Under the pieces are notes generated by a model that was not told where the DNA came from, ran no database searches, and worked only from the letters and a program-made list of their open reading frames with translations. From Neovahlkampfia damariscottae (taxonomy: Eukaryota), in contig JABLTG010000103.1 in assembly GCA_016618085.1 (NCBI GenBank), positions 1 to 64,000 on the forward strand: 64,000 nt of DNA. Direction: 5' to 3'. Positions 23,682-35,299 of this stretch are shown in pieces. A program made the translations under genes and the position numbers. Within the stretch, counting starts at the first letter, position 1, and each line of letters starts with the position of its first letter.

Positions 23682-24872
23682 ATGTCTCACTTCAAATTTG
23701 GGCAAGCATTTAAGAATAAACATTTCAAAAGAACTTTTTCAATATTAGCTTTGGGTTCAGTTTTAGGTTATTTACATCAAAATTCAAATTCAAAAGTAAC
23801 TTTGTTTTATGAAAAAACAAACGAAAAAATCAACCAAATTATAGATAAATGTGAAGATTTACAAGTAAATTTTAGGCCAACATTTTGGTTGAAAAATCAT
23901 CACTTGCAGACCGTTTATATAACTTTAAAAAAATCACCTTTGAAATTACCTCATGAAACAGAAACTTTTAAACTAAAGGATGGAAGTGAGATATATTTGG
24001 ATTGGATACAAAGTTCTGACAATAATGAAAATGCTCCAACTATTTTCATTTTGGCAGGTAAAGTTTTGAAAAATGAATGTTAAATTTTTTTTCAAGGAGT
24101 TGTTTCTGGACTTCATGGATGTGGAATCAAAGATTTTGTTAATTATGCAACGCATAACGGTTTTAGATGCGTTGTTTTCAATTATACCAATCCTAAAGAA
24201 AGAGAAAAATTTATGTGTTTTAATCCTGGAGTTACACATCAAGCTGATGACTTGGACGACTTGTTCGACCACATTGAAACAAAGATACCAAATTCAAAAC
24301 TTTATGGAGTGGGTTACTCTTTAGGTTCAAATATTTTAGTGAAGTATATCTCAATTGCAAAAAAACAGTATTTCAATGGTGTGGTAGCTGTTTCAAATCC
24401 ATTTGATCTAGTAGTAGCAACAAGACAATTATTAACACCAGTTCATTCTGTTTTATATGATAAATTCATGTTGAGAGATAGAATCAAAATTTACGCCAAC
24501 TCTAGATTAAAATTTGATCAAAAGGAATTAGAAAATGTAAAATCAACAATTGAACTGGATACTCTCGCAATCAAATATACCGGACATCAAACAGTAGAAC
24601 ACTTCTATACAGATCATAGTTGTGTTTACTATTTGGAAAATATAAAAATTCCTTTGCTATGTTTGAATGCCAAGGATGATCCAATTTCTCACCATCAATC
24701 AATTCCTTATGAAATATCAAAAAAGAACAGTAATATTATTTTGGCTGTTACAGAAAATGGAGGTCATTTAGGTTTCATCGAAGGTTTTTTTCCACTTTTT
24801 CAACAATCTTGGTCGGAAAGAGCGACTCTTCAATTCTTGAAGGCTGTAGACGAAATGGATGTAAAAAAATAA
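23682..24872 (+). CDS. ABHD1/2/3 (YheT-like) alpha/beta-hydrolase
   Basis: Intron 24058-24096. NHHLQT, LKDGSEIYLDW, GYSLG, NAKDDP, GGHLGF. Confidence 0.9.
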
Positions 24873-24940
24873 ATTTCAAAATCCTTTGAAAAGTGTAAAA
24901 TTCTTATTGTTTGCAAGTTATTCTGCCAGTGAGACAAAAT

Positions 24941-26917
24941 TCATAGTTTGAAATTAGTGTGACAAAGTTGTTGTGTTTTTGGATCATTTCCGCATTCTCT
25001 CCATCCAGCTTGAACTTGATGTAATTTTTTATTGCAAATACATATGTATTCTGGGATATTGGCTTCTTTGCATGTTCTGTCATTTGGTATTTTATCAAAG
25101 AGACTAATCCCCCATTTCCCATAAGGTTTTGATGTTGTTGGTTTTTCCAAAGCCGAAAATTCATGCAAAAATTCATAAAAATCATAATTTGTGACGAGTT
25201 TTTGAGAATTCTTCTTGAAATTTGCATATTTTTTTGGATATTCAATCTGAAATTGTTTTGGGACCAATGCTCCAACAAAAGGAAGACGTTGTTCCAAAGT
25301 TCCTGTTTTGTGTTTATCATAGAATTTACCATAATGCAACCCTTATAAATGAGTTATATATTTTTTTCTAACCATGATCTGACATAATAAAAATCTGGAA
25401 AACAAATTAGTTCAATCGACAAGTATTTACCCATGTGTTTTCGTTTTTCTGTGAAATTTCAGAAAAAAATAAACTTACTGATGTTATAGATTGAATATTT
25501 TTGGCTAAATCTGAGTCTAATGTTCGAGAAACTCTTCCTGTTACTTCATGTGATTCCAGAAATAATTGAAAGTGGAATTTCGGATCATTCTTGTACAATT
25601 CATTAAACTGACTCATGAAATCAAATAAATACTTATGTGGTCTCCTTAATTGTTAGAAATATATTCAATTACTTTCCAAATACCTAAAAATTTAAAATTC
25701 AATTGATTTACACATTCAGGTTCACCGTCAATCATACATGAAGTTAAATCACCAAGAGGAACACCAAAATAATGATCCCAACTTTTTTTAACAAAAAACC
25801 AATCTAAATTTGAATTAGTTTAAATCCTCAAACCTGCTTGATATTTTGCCCAACAGATTTCCATTGAAATTGCAGTTTTGTATCCTTGTTTCTTGAAAAC
25901 ATCCCAAATGAATTTACTTTGATAATAAGATTAATAACAATAATTATTACTTGAATTGAATGTTCTTGGAAAAATTGCATCGAAATTTGTGTCGACAAAA
26001 ATCCCACCAATTTTCACCAGTCATGAAGGGCGTCATGTTTGAATTTGAGGAATAATCTACTGTGTGATATTTAAAAAATTCAACAAATGAATAATCAGTT
26101 TCATCATTCAAATGAATATTTTGTAATGTTTTTCCAGTTTCATCCATCATTCGATGAAAATGAGTTCTTGAAATTGAATCAACTAAAAAAATGTGTAAAT
26201 TTGGTTTTTTGTTATTATTTTCAGTTTTAATTGATTTTTTCTGTCTTGAAATCCTTACTAAACCATTGGATTTACCATTGTAGGTCACAATTATCAACTC
26301 TTCTTGATTTGGAATTTTCACTTTTTTTCCTGGATATAACATCCCTTCAAAATATGGTTTTCGAGTGTTTTTATCTTTCAAAAAGAAATAAAATGGGCAT
26401 TGTAACTGAATATTAATATCCAATAATGTAATTTTCTTTCCATCAAACTGTCTTTTGCAATTTTCTAAGAAACTATTTTCGGAATCTGGAATGAAAACCT
26501 CCAAAAAATCATGATTATCACCTGTCAATCTTGAAAAATTTGTTTCATTACATGTTTTAAAAACACTTTTCTAGTCATTTTAATTCTATTTTTTTGCCAA
26601 ACTTTAAAGTTAAAATCCCATTTTCCAAAAGGAATTTCACAATTCCTGGTAACAGAATTATCAATTGATTTTCCAAGCAATCCAGTTGACCATTTATCAA
26701 AAGAATCCAATTTTTTAAATCTTTCAATTTTCTTCCATACTACTTCATGTCTTTTTTCAACAATTTTTGGTCTGATAAATTTCTCAGCCAACACATATTT
26801 TGAATTTTCAAGGTATACATAAAGAAAGTAAATTGGTTGTGATATGATCAATGAAATCACAAACAAACAAAAAAAACGAATAAAATTCTTCCTCCGACAA
26901 ACTACAAAGGAAAACAT
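24941..26917 (-). CDS. DUF229-like alkaline-phosphatase/sulfatase-superfamily membrane protein
   Basis: N-terminal TM, PNLHIFLVDSISRTHFHRMM, SDHG, EQRLP, SLFDKIPNDRTCKEANIPEYICIC; several tiny introns. Confidence 0.8.
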
Positions 26918-27250
26918 CAATATAATTGACCAATTGGAACAAATTGGTTTTGTTTGAAAATTCTTGTACACTCAAGGGCGGTTTTGTTCTACACTTCAAA
27001 CATACTCCACTGTTGGACCAATGTTCTAACAATCAGACCTAATTCTGTTTCAGCAAATGGAATTTGATCAAGAAATCTTGAAATTGGTTTCAAATTCAAA
27101 GTTGAAGAAATTGTTTGGATTTATTTTTATTTCATCTGTTGTTGGTGCTTTATCCGGGTGGGATGTTCAACCAATCAAATACAACCTTGATTTATTTAAA
27201 AGCGGAGATCATTTTTACAATGAACATCAAACATAAAACAACAAAACAAC

Positions 27251-27457
27251 ATGAGTGAAGAAACAAAAGAAAAAATCACAAAAACAATGGCAGAAGGAGC
27301 AGAAAATGTAAAAGAAAAAGTATCTGATGTCACTGAATCAATAAACGAAAAGCATGAAGAAGCAAAAAAAGAAAAACAAGAAAAACAAAAAGAGTCCATC
27401 ATAGAGAAAGCAACTGAACTCTATGAAGACACTAAAAACTACATCACTGGAAACTAA
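27251..27457 (+). CDS. Small hydrophilic LEA-like protein (68 aa)
   Basis: E/K/T-rich amphipathic sequence (AENVKEKVSD, IIEKATELYEDTK); A-rich context before ATG; CCAAT at about 27171. Confidence 0.6.
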   Translation: MSEETKEKITKTMAEGAENVKEKVSDVTESINEKHEEAKKEKQEKQKESIIEKATELYEDTKNYITGN

Positions 27458-27516
27458 AATAAAATATCTCTTATATGTTAAATACATGTTACCTAAATAG
27501 TCCTGAATGGTTTGTT

Positions 27517-28590
27517 TCAATTTTTATTTTCAATGATATTTTTGATTTTTGACAATGCAGGTTGAAGACGAATGATTTCATCCAAAAATTTCATGCAAAC
27601 TTTTTTTTTTCCAACCGATTTTGAAATAGCATCTTCTCCTTTAATCTAGAAATCATTAATCAATAATGAAAAAAAAACCAGAATATCATCAATTTTGACT
27701 ATCAAATTAATTAACTTTTTTTTTTTACTGTCAAAGGCGTTATTAGGTTTGGAGATGAAAATTGGTGATTTTAAAAATACATTTTGTGCTGTTATATTTA
27801 CACAACTGACTCTTGAGAGTTTTTTAAATTAATATTAGTCTTTTTACTTGTCAAGAATTATTTCTAATTTTTTGCATAGTTTTCTAATATCATTCTCGTC
27901 TAATACTTTTTCTGCTATTTTTGGTGCTAATATTTCTTTTGTAAAATTAATTTTTCCGTCTAAAATAGATTGACTTTCCACCATTATGGATTTCCTAGCT
28001 TGTTTAATGGAGTTTGAACTTTTACCATTCTTGAATAAATTTTTGCTTGAATGTTTCTTTTTCATCAAGTTTCAATTTTTTTGTTGATTCTTGAACAGTT
28101 TCCTTTTTCCTCTTCATTTTTTTTTTTTGAACAATTGGAGAACCATAAAAGGAAATTTTTTTGAATAAAAAATCGAATTTCTTTATTTTGGTTTCTTTCA
28201 AATATAACATTTGTAAAAATGAACGGATTCTTCCCATTTTATTTCATGAATTTTTCCATCTTTGTTTATCCAATGTTTTTCATAAATGCATTTGAATTCT
28301 TTGGGTGTGGTTACATTTGTTTTTGTATATCCATGCAATTGATTCCATGAATCCTTTCCATAGTAGTATTCAAAACAACACCGAAATGATTTCATAGCTT
28401 CCAAAGGAGTTTCTCCAAAACCCAAGATTTCAATCCCAAATAATGAGACATAACAATTTCTGATGAGGAATTTAAATGGTTTCAACATAAAATCCAACAA
28501 TTTGAGATCAGTAGATTGTCCAATGAAACTGGACAAAGAAGTATGACAATTTTTGAGAAAGTGGTGAAGATATGGGTAATATTCCTCCAA
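27517..28590 (-). CDS. Hypothetical multi-exon protein; 5' part unresolved, possibly frameshifted
   Basis: Four GT-AG introns link IQEW/KSIMVE..ILDK/VSC..AFD/IKIDDIL/IKGEDA to TGA at 27517. The join to the 28198-28590 ORF was not resolved. Confidence 0.45.
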
Positions 28591-28618
28591 TGAATTCTTT
28601 CAGATTCCACCAATAACC

Positions 28619-30702
28619 ATGTCTGATAAATTCGTTGAAGAACAAACCGTGTCACCAAAAAGAATATCAACCCAAACCTTTAATTTTAATGAAACTCTCG
28701 AACAATCAAAACATTCCATCGTTGAAAAAATAAAAAAATACAAAACAAACTCCTACAAGGATTATTTATACTACATAAAAGATGACACACTCTACTTTAC
28801 GGACATATCAGTAAAACTATACTATAAACTAACCATCACCTCAAAGAAAAAAAAATATGAATATTTTTCACTCAAAGAAGGTCCAAAAAAATTTGAATAT
28901 TGTTTTGTGAGATATTATTTTTTTAATTTTTTTGAAGCAAGATGTTATTTATGGTTTGAAAATATATTTTGAAGAAGGTTTCATTTTGGTTCATTTTGAA
29001 AAATTTCCAAATTTTCAACAGTTTTTGGAAAGTTTAAAAGTGAAAGGATTTGTGAAACAAACCAATTTTTTAAGGTTTTCGCATCATTTGGAGAATGGAA
29101 AATTGTATAAGAAATGGAAAAGTATTGAGATTATTCAATGGTTGACTTTGATTTTTGTCAAAAAAGATACCCCTCTTTCATCAATCTTTGAAGAAGTTAT
29201 TCATAATGAAAACATAGAAGGGAAGGACTTGGAAAAGTTCATCACAACTAAAAATTTACTAAGGTATAATAATATAGATGAAAAATACAAAAAGTTATTG
29301 ACAAATGAATTTCAAAAATTGCAGAAAAATTCCAGTAAGAATTACTGAATTTTTTGATCGTTTTTCATTGATAGAAATATTGACAAATGAAATGAAGTTT
29401 AATGTAAAACTAAGTAATTTGATACAAAGTGAAGAAGATGAAGAATATTATCTCAATGATCGAAATATGTTGTTGTCACTTTGCAGTTCAACAGATATTT
29501 CTGATTCTTACTTGAACCCAAAACCAACATTCAAATTACATCAAAATTTTGGTTCTGATTTATCAAATTCAATCAAAACGATCAAAATTCGTTTGATAAT
29601 CTCAGAAATGGTACATAGCCAATCACAATCAGGATTATCTCGATGCACTTCGGGAATGATATCATCCATTCCTTTTATCGACCTAAAATCAAAATTTGGA
29701 TCTTTTAAATGTGCGTTGATCGTTGGTCCTTTTTATTTGGAATTTGCTGATAGTTCTATCATTGTACCAAAAAGAATCCATCCAATCATGAAAAAGTTAT
29801 TCAGTAAGTTTTCGTCAATTGTCATTTTGAATGAAACATTCAATGAAATAACTGAAATACTTTCAAATTTCATTGCAGATTGGAATTCAAATTATACATA
29901 TCAAGCATTCCAACCAAATTTAAAGAAAAAAGAATCAAATGGGTTTACATTCGTGGAAGAATTCCTTTCAAAGATCGCACCAAATTTCAAAGGATTTCAA
30001 GGATCACTATCAAATTTCTTGGCTGAAATGAAGGACTTTGGAGATTCTGGTCCGTCAATTTTCCCTGATGTAAAATCAAATTTTTCTGAAAAATTTAAAT
30101 TTGGATACATCAAAGATGCTGTAGTTCATTCCAAAAATGATAATGCGTTACTTAGTATGTTTGACATTGACGAAAATTTTGATAAGAACCATCCTCATGA
30201 TTTTTTAGTTTTTCAAGTAATTGATGCTGCTCTTTGGATTAGATTCTTTAAAACTGGGAATTTACAATTCTCTCCAAAAATGTCTCTCGAAAGTAGTAGT
30301 AACAAAATAGATATTCAAGAGTATTTGAAGGGTTCTATCTGTCCCTGCTTTTCAAAAAAATTGTTCGTTGATTTGATGATATTATCTTCCAATAAAAAAG
30401 TTCAAACCACAAATGATTATTTCTTTGAAAAAGAAGAACTTGAAGAAGAGTTTGAAATCCTTTCTTCTATAAAGGATACTTTAAAAATGAGAAATCAAGG
30501 AGATTTTCTTATCAAAAAAACTTCAACAGCTAAGGTGACATCTGATGAATTAGATTCGATAGATGGAGTGATAAATGTTGACGTGGATGATTCTGAAGAA
30601 AATTTCAAACTTCAAATTGAAGAAAAAATACAAAACAAAAAAAGAAGTTTAATTTCTGCAATAACTAAGAAAAATTCACTCCCAAAAACTGAAGAAAAAT
30701 AA
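28619..30702 (+). CDS. Hypothetical protein with possible permuted papain-like (PPPDE-like) domain, apparently inactive
   Basis: Two introns (about 28907-28936 and 29335-29374) join three ORFs. Motif FG.FKCALIVGPFYLEF...WN..Y.Y...NGF lacks the His and Cys expected for catalysis. Confidence 0.55.
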
Positions 30703-30738
30703 ATGATTTTTATTGGTGCGATTTTTTATCCAATAAAA

Positions 30739-31738
30739 ATGGGGAATCAACTTGATGGTGAATATGGTGTGAATGAAGAGAATTATGAAAAAATACAAAA
30801 AATGATTGAAGAAAGAAGTTCACCAGATGGCACAATAATGAATTTAAATGTTGGTGGAAAAAAATTTACAACCTTAAAATCAACACTCTTGAAGTCAAAA
30901 TTCTTTGAAGATTTATTCAATAATGACAAAATAATTTACGATAAAGATGATAATATATTCATAGATCGACCTTCAAAAGAGTTTTCTATCATTTTAGACT
31001 CTTTAAGAACAGATCAAATGGAAGCACCAGAAGAACAACATGAATTTGCCAATTTAGTTTTTGAACTGAAATTCTATCAACTTGATAAACTTTTTAAAGA
31101 TGTAGTTTTGGCAGGAAGATTTTTTGGAACCACAGTTTTAAATAGTTCTCAACAAAAACAGTTGAATGCCTGGGTAAATAACAAAACAAAAGATTGGAAA
31201 TTACTATATAAAGCATCTAAGGATGGTTATCAATGTAAAAATTTTCATAGTAAATGTGATGGTGAATCAAACACAATTACAATCATGTAAGAAAAAAAAA
31301 AAAATTAAAAAAAAAAGAACTTCTGGTAAATATATTTTTGGTGGTTATACCCCTGCAAGATGGTCAAAAAATGGAAACTATACCTTTAACAATGGTACTT
31401 TTCTATTTTCTTTGGTGAATCCATCTAACGTAGCACCTTGTCAATTTCCAAACAATGGATTGTATCATTCAAACACATACAGTATCTATTCAAAAAATAA
31501 TTATGGACCTACATTTGGTGGTGGACATGTAAGTTGTCAAAGAAAAAATTCACATTTTTTTTTGAAGGATCTTTACATCTCAAATAATTGTAACACTAAT
31601 TCTCAAAGTTATTCAAATTTAGGACATAGTTTTCAAGCTCCAAGCGGAACTACCTATGGAAGTGTTGGTTGTAATAACTTTTTTGCCGGCAGTTATAACT
31701 TTATTGTCTCAGAAATTGAAGTTTTTCGTTTGAAATAA
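30739..31738 (+). CDS. KCTD-type BTB-TLDc protein
   Basis: LNVGGKKFTTLKSTL, IFIDRPS..F..ILD.LR, LLYKASKDG, YGPTFGGGH/DLY, EIEVF; two introns; MG start. Confidence 0.92.
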
Positions 31739-31743
31739 AAAAT

Positions 31744-33498
31744 TTAATCAAATGTAACTTTTCTCCAATTGGTTGAATTGAAATAACAATAAAAGACTTG
31801 ATTTTGATAGATAGTAAGTGCACATGATTCAATATCAACTTTTCTTTTGAAATTTCCACTTTTGTCGAATACTTTAATATCAAAAAGATCTGAGATCCAA
31901 ATCTCTTCATTGAGATTTATGATGGAAGAAGGATCTTCAATATACTGATTTGGATTGATCATTTTTCTAATAGCACCATCTTCTTTGTCTAAAACTAATA
32001 TTTTTTGTTTGAAAATTGCATAACAAAAATTTTCATCTTCAACATCATTAGAGCAACAGATTGGAAATGCTTGTTTTGTATCTTCATGTTCAATAATCCA
32101 TACTGGGTTTAATTTTGAATCTAACATCAAAAATTGATTTAATCCATTCGCAATGAATAGATTTCCTTCTTGATCTGCAGACAAATACATACATTCATAA
32201 GGTAATTGAATATCTCCTAAATTAACTCCACTTTTATCGAATCTGTGGATTATTCTCGAAGCATATGATGATTTAATCCAAAATTCTTGTTTGTATGGAT
32301 TGTACGTTGCACCATACCAACATGCAATCGTCAAATCAAAAGTGTTTGAATTATCTTCATTGAAGGTGATTGTCAATGGTGAATCTTGGATGTCGATTTT
32401 ATTTGATTGAATTCTGATCTTATATTTTCCTGGATAATCAGATTTCACTTTAAAATAAATTCCGATGCTTGTATCAAACTTCAAATTTTCAATTTCAAAT
32501 TTTGCATTTTCAACACCTGATATCAGTGAAACCGAGAATGGATTCACATCCAAGTTGATAATGTTCCCAAGTTTCGATACTGCCTTGATTATAAAAGTTA
32601 AACTTTGGTTCACTTTTGCTGTTTTCGCATCTCCTTCTAAATAACAATTTTTCACATCCAATATAGGTTTTAACTTCATATTTTGGATTGACATAATTTG
32701 TTCATTGGTATCTAAGAACTTATTAAATCCAATATCAGCAGCTGGTTCTTTTGAAATTGTCTTGAATTTGATCTTTTCAATGTTTTCTTTGATATTCACA
32801 CTCTCAACAATATTTCCAATCTTATCAGTTTCTTCGACTGATTTAATAGCCTCCAATGTACGACCAGTAATAGAAACTAAATATTTTTGCTGATTTTCTA
32901 ACTGTTGAATTTTTTCTTTTTGAACAGTTTCAACTTCATTTAACATTTCATTTGTCATTTGTTCAATTAAATTTAAAAGTACATTTTTTTTTTTAATGAT
33001 ATGATCTTTCATCTGTATTCTTTCTGTTTGAACATTTTCTAAAGAACTGTTGACTCTTGATAAAGTTGATTTAAAAGTTGAATATTTTTCAATTAACACT
33101 TTATAATCCTCCTATAAATAAATTTTTTTAGTCTTTTTTATATCTTGTTTTACTTCTATTTCTCTATTTATTTTGTCTTGTGTTACGACCAAATGATTTT
33201 GATGTTGTTTTGTTTTTGGACATGAATCACAAATTAATTCATCACAAGTTCTACAAAATAAAATCAATGGTAAAAGATGATCAGGACATTTTTCTAAATG
33301 AAAATATGAATGTCTTCTTTTTGCGTCTTTTTTTTTTTTTTCCAAATATTTTTCCATGGCAACAAGATTTTTCAAGTGTTGCTGTTTTCTTTTATTGAAA
33401 GAATGTATATCTTGAACACAATCAGGACATAGTATAATATAACAATCAGGACAATAACAAGTTGCTTCCTTCTTTTCGCACTCTTCACAAATAACCAT
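31744..33498 (-). CDS. TRIM-NHL-like protein without RING: two B-boxes, coiled coil, filamin-type Ig, NHL-like propeller
   Basis: CEEC..ATCYCPDC..LC.DC..IH; CPDH...FCRTCDELIC.SC...H..H; coiled coil; PGKYKIRI..IQDSPL; propeller repeats; intron near 33111-33143. Confidence 0.8.
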
Positions 33499-33557
33499 GT
33501 TTCTGTTTGATTTTTATAGGTGCGGAATTTTATAAACCAATAAAAATTAAACATTGT

Positions 33558-34550
33558 TTATTCGAGTTGTTGGATTTGGTACGGTTCAAAATCCATGTAA
33601 GGATCTTTTTGTTTACCTGTTTTTAAACTTAAAACAAATTCTTTGATTTCTGCTTCGTCACTCATGGCATCTGTGGCTTGTTTCAATGAATCATTGCCTT
33701 TTTTGACTTCATCTGCAAGTTCTTTCATTAAATTCTTGTATGTTAATAAAGTAGATTTCATCATTTTAACTCTTTTAATTTCTAAATTTTGAATAGTTTG
33801 TAAAATGTTGGACATTGTTTGAAAATGAAATTCATTGGATGATTCTTGATTTAAAATGGCAAGTTTATGAGCATGATCGGATGAATATACATTATTAGAT
33901 ATTTTTAACCAGTTTTTAAAATCCAAATCACCTTTTTTCTTTTTTAAATCTTCAATCATTTGATCAGAAGTTGTTTTTAACTTTAAATTATCTGTTTTTG
34001 AATTTTTCGCATTTGTTGTGGATACTTCTAATTCTTTGGAAGATGATTTTTCAAGTGCTATAGTATCTTTAATAACAGCGTTAATTTCATCACATAATAA
34101 TGATAACTCTTTCAACATGTGATTGTTAATCACACAAGCAATGTAATTATACTTGTCTCCTGTATAATGAGCATAAAGTGTCATTCTATGAAATGGTTCT
34201 GTAAATTCACCAATATATTCAATTGGCAATAATTGCTTTGCCAACACAGATCCATAAGAATCTAAAGTTGATGCTTGAGCAGAAAGGAATTTCATGAAAC
34301 TAGTCAAGTCTTTGTGTCCTTTTTTTAATTTTTCAATAACTTCTGGAAATTTATCCCAAAGTTCTTTTCAATGTTTAATTTTTTTTTTTGACAAACCAAT
34401 GGCGAATGTTTTTGTTGGGTCTTGAACACCAAGAGAATCGGTTAATTTTTTGTTTTCTTCAACAAATCTATATGGACAAGTTGTTTCGTGGGTGGAGATA
34501 TCTCCTTCTGTGTTAAAATTACAACCACTAGTTTCGTATTTACAACTCAT
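33558..34550 (-). CDS. F-BAR (FCH) protein with N-terminal TRAF/SINA-like zinc knuckle
   Basis: CKYETSGCNF..HETTCPYR; after one intron, LWDKFPEVIEKLKKGH...FMKF..A.....YG..LAK; IQNLEIKRV..MK. Confidence 0.7.
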
Positions 34551-34993
34551 TTTGTGTTAATTTTTGACAAGTGGTTTTATTGGTTGAAAAAAATGACGAA
34601 CTGGATTGGTTTGATTTAAAAAAGAATTTTGTTTTGTTTTTCGCAAATTCAATGAATTTTATCATTTAAATTTTCTCCCAATAAAAAAAGAGTTTTTGTT
34701 TATTTTTGGATCAAAACATGCAAAACGAGAAAACAATAAAGATGAAGAAATAGAACAAATGCTTAAAAATAGACCACTGAAATTTGACAAGAAACAGTTG
34801 ATTGTGTTTGGTTTAATACCAGATTGGAAAGAACAGAATGATATGGAGTGTCATTCTTCAAAGAAAGAATAATGGATTTGAAAATTTTTGATACAAAAGA
34901 AGAAATTACAGAGTTCATTAAACCTTTTAAAATAAGACAACAAAAATTGAAAGATGAAGAAATAAAAACATTGTAATGTTTGTTTGAAAAATT

Positions 34994-35256
34994 TTATTCT
35001 TCAACAAAACCATTGTTTTTGAGAATGTTTTTTGTTTCTTTGACTTTTTGTGGAGGAACATACATTTGCGTCGTTGAACTTATTGTTAATGAATATTTTC
35101 TTACGGGATACATTTAGACCAACCTCCATTCCATTCAATCCAGGGCATCCACTTTTTCAAGTCTGGATAGCCTCCACCAACAACTGTAATGGAAACTTTG
35201 TCATTGATTTTTGATTCATGTACTTTAAAGCTCTTGTCTTTTCCTTTGACGCACAT
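34994..35256 (-). CDS. Small hypothetical protein (about 78 aa), absent from ORF track
   Basis: ATG 35256 lies about 30 nt from ATTGG. One 26-nt GTAAG...AAG intron gives MCVKGK...WIEWNGGWSKCIP/STTQMYVPPQKVKETKNILKNNGFVEE*. Confidence 0.5.
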
Positions 35257-35299
35257 CCAAAGAAAAAAAACAGTTGTTCCGAGATGATTGGTTGAATCT

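Noticed and set aside
34690..34976. Short plus-strand coding-like segment
   Set aside because: No consistent ATG-to-stop or spliced model and no motif.
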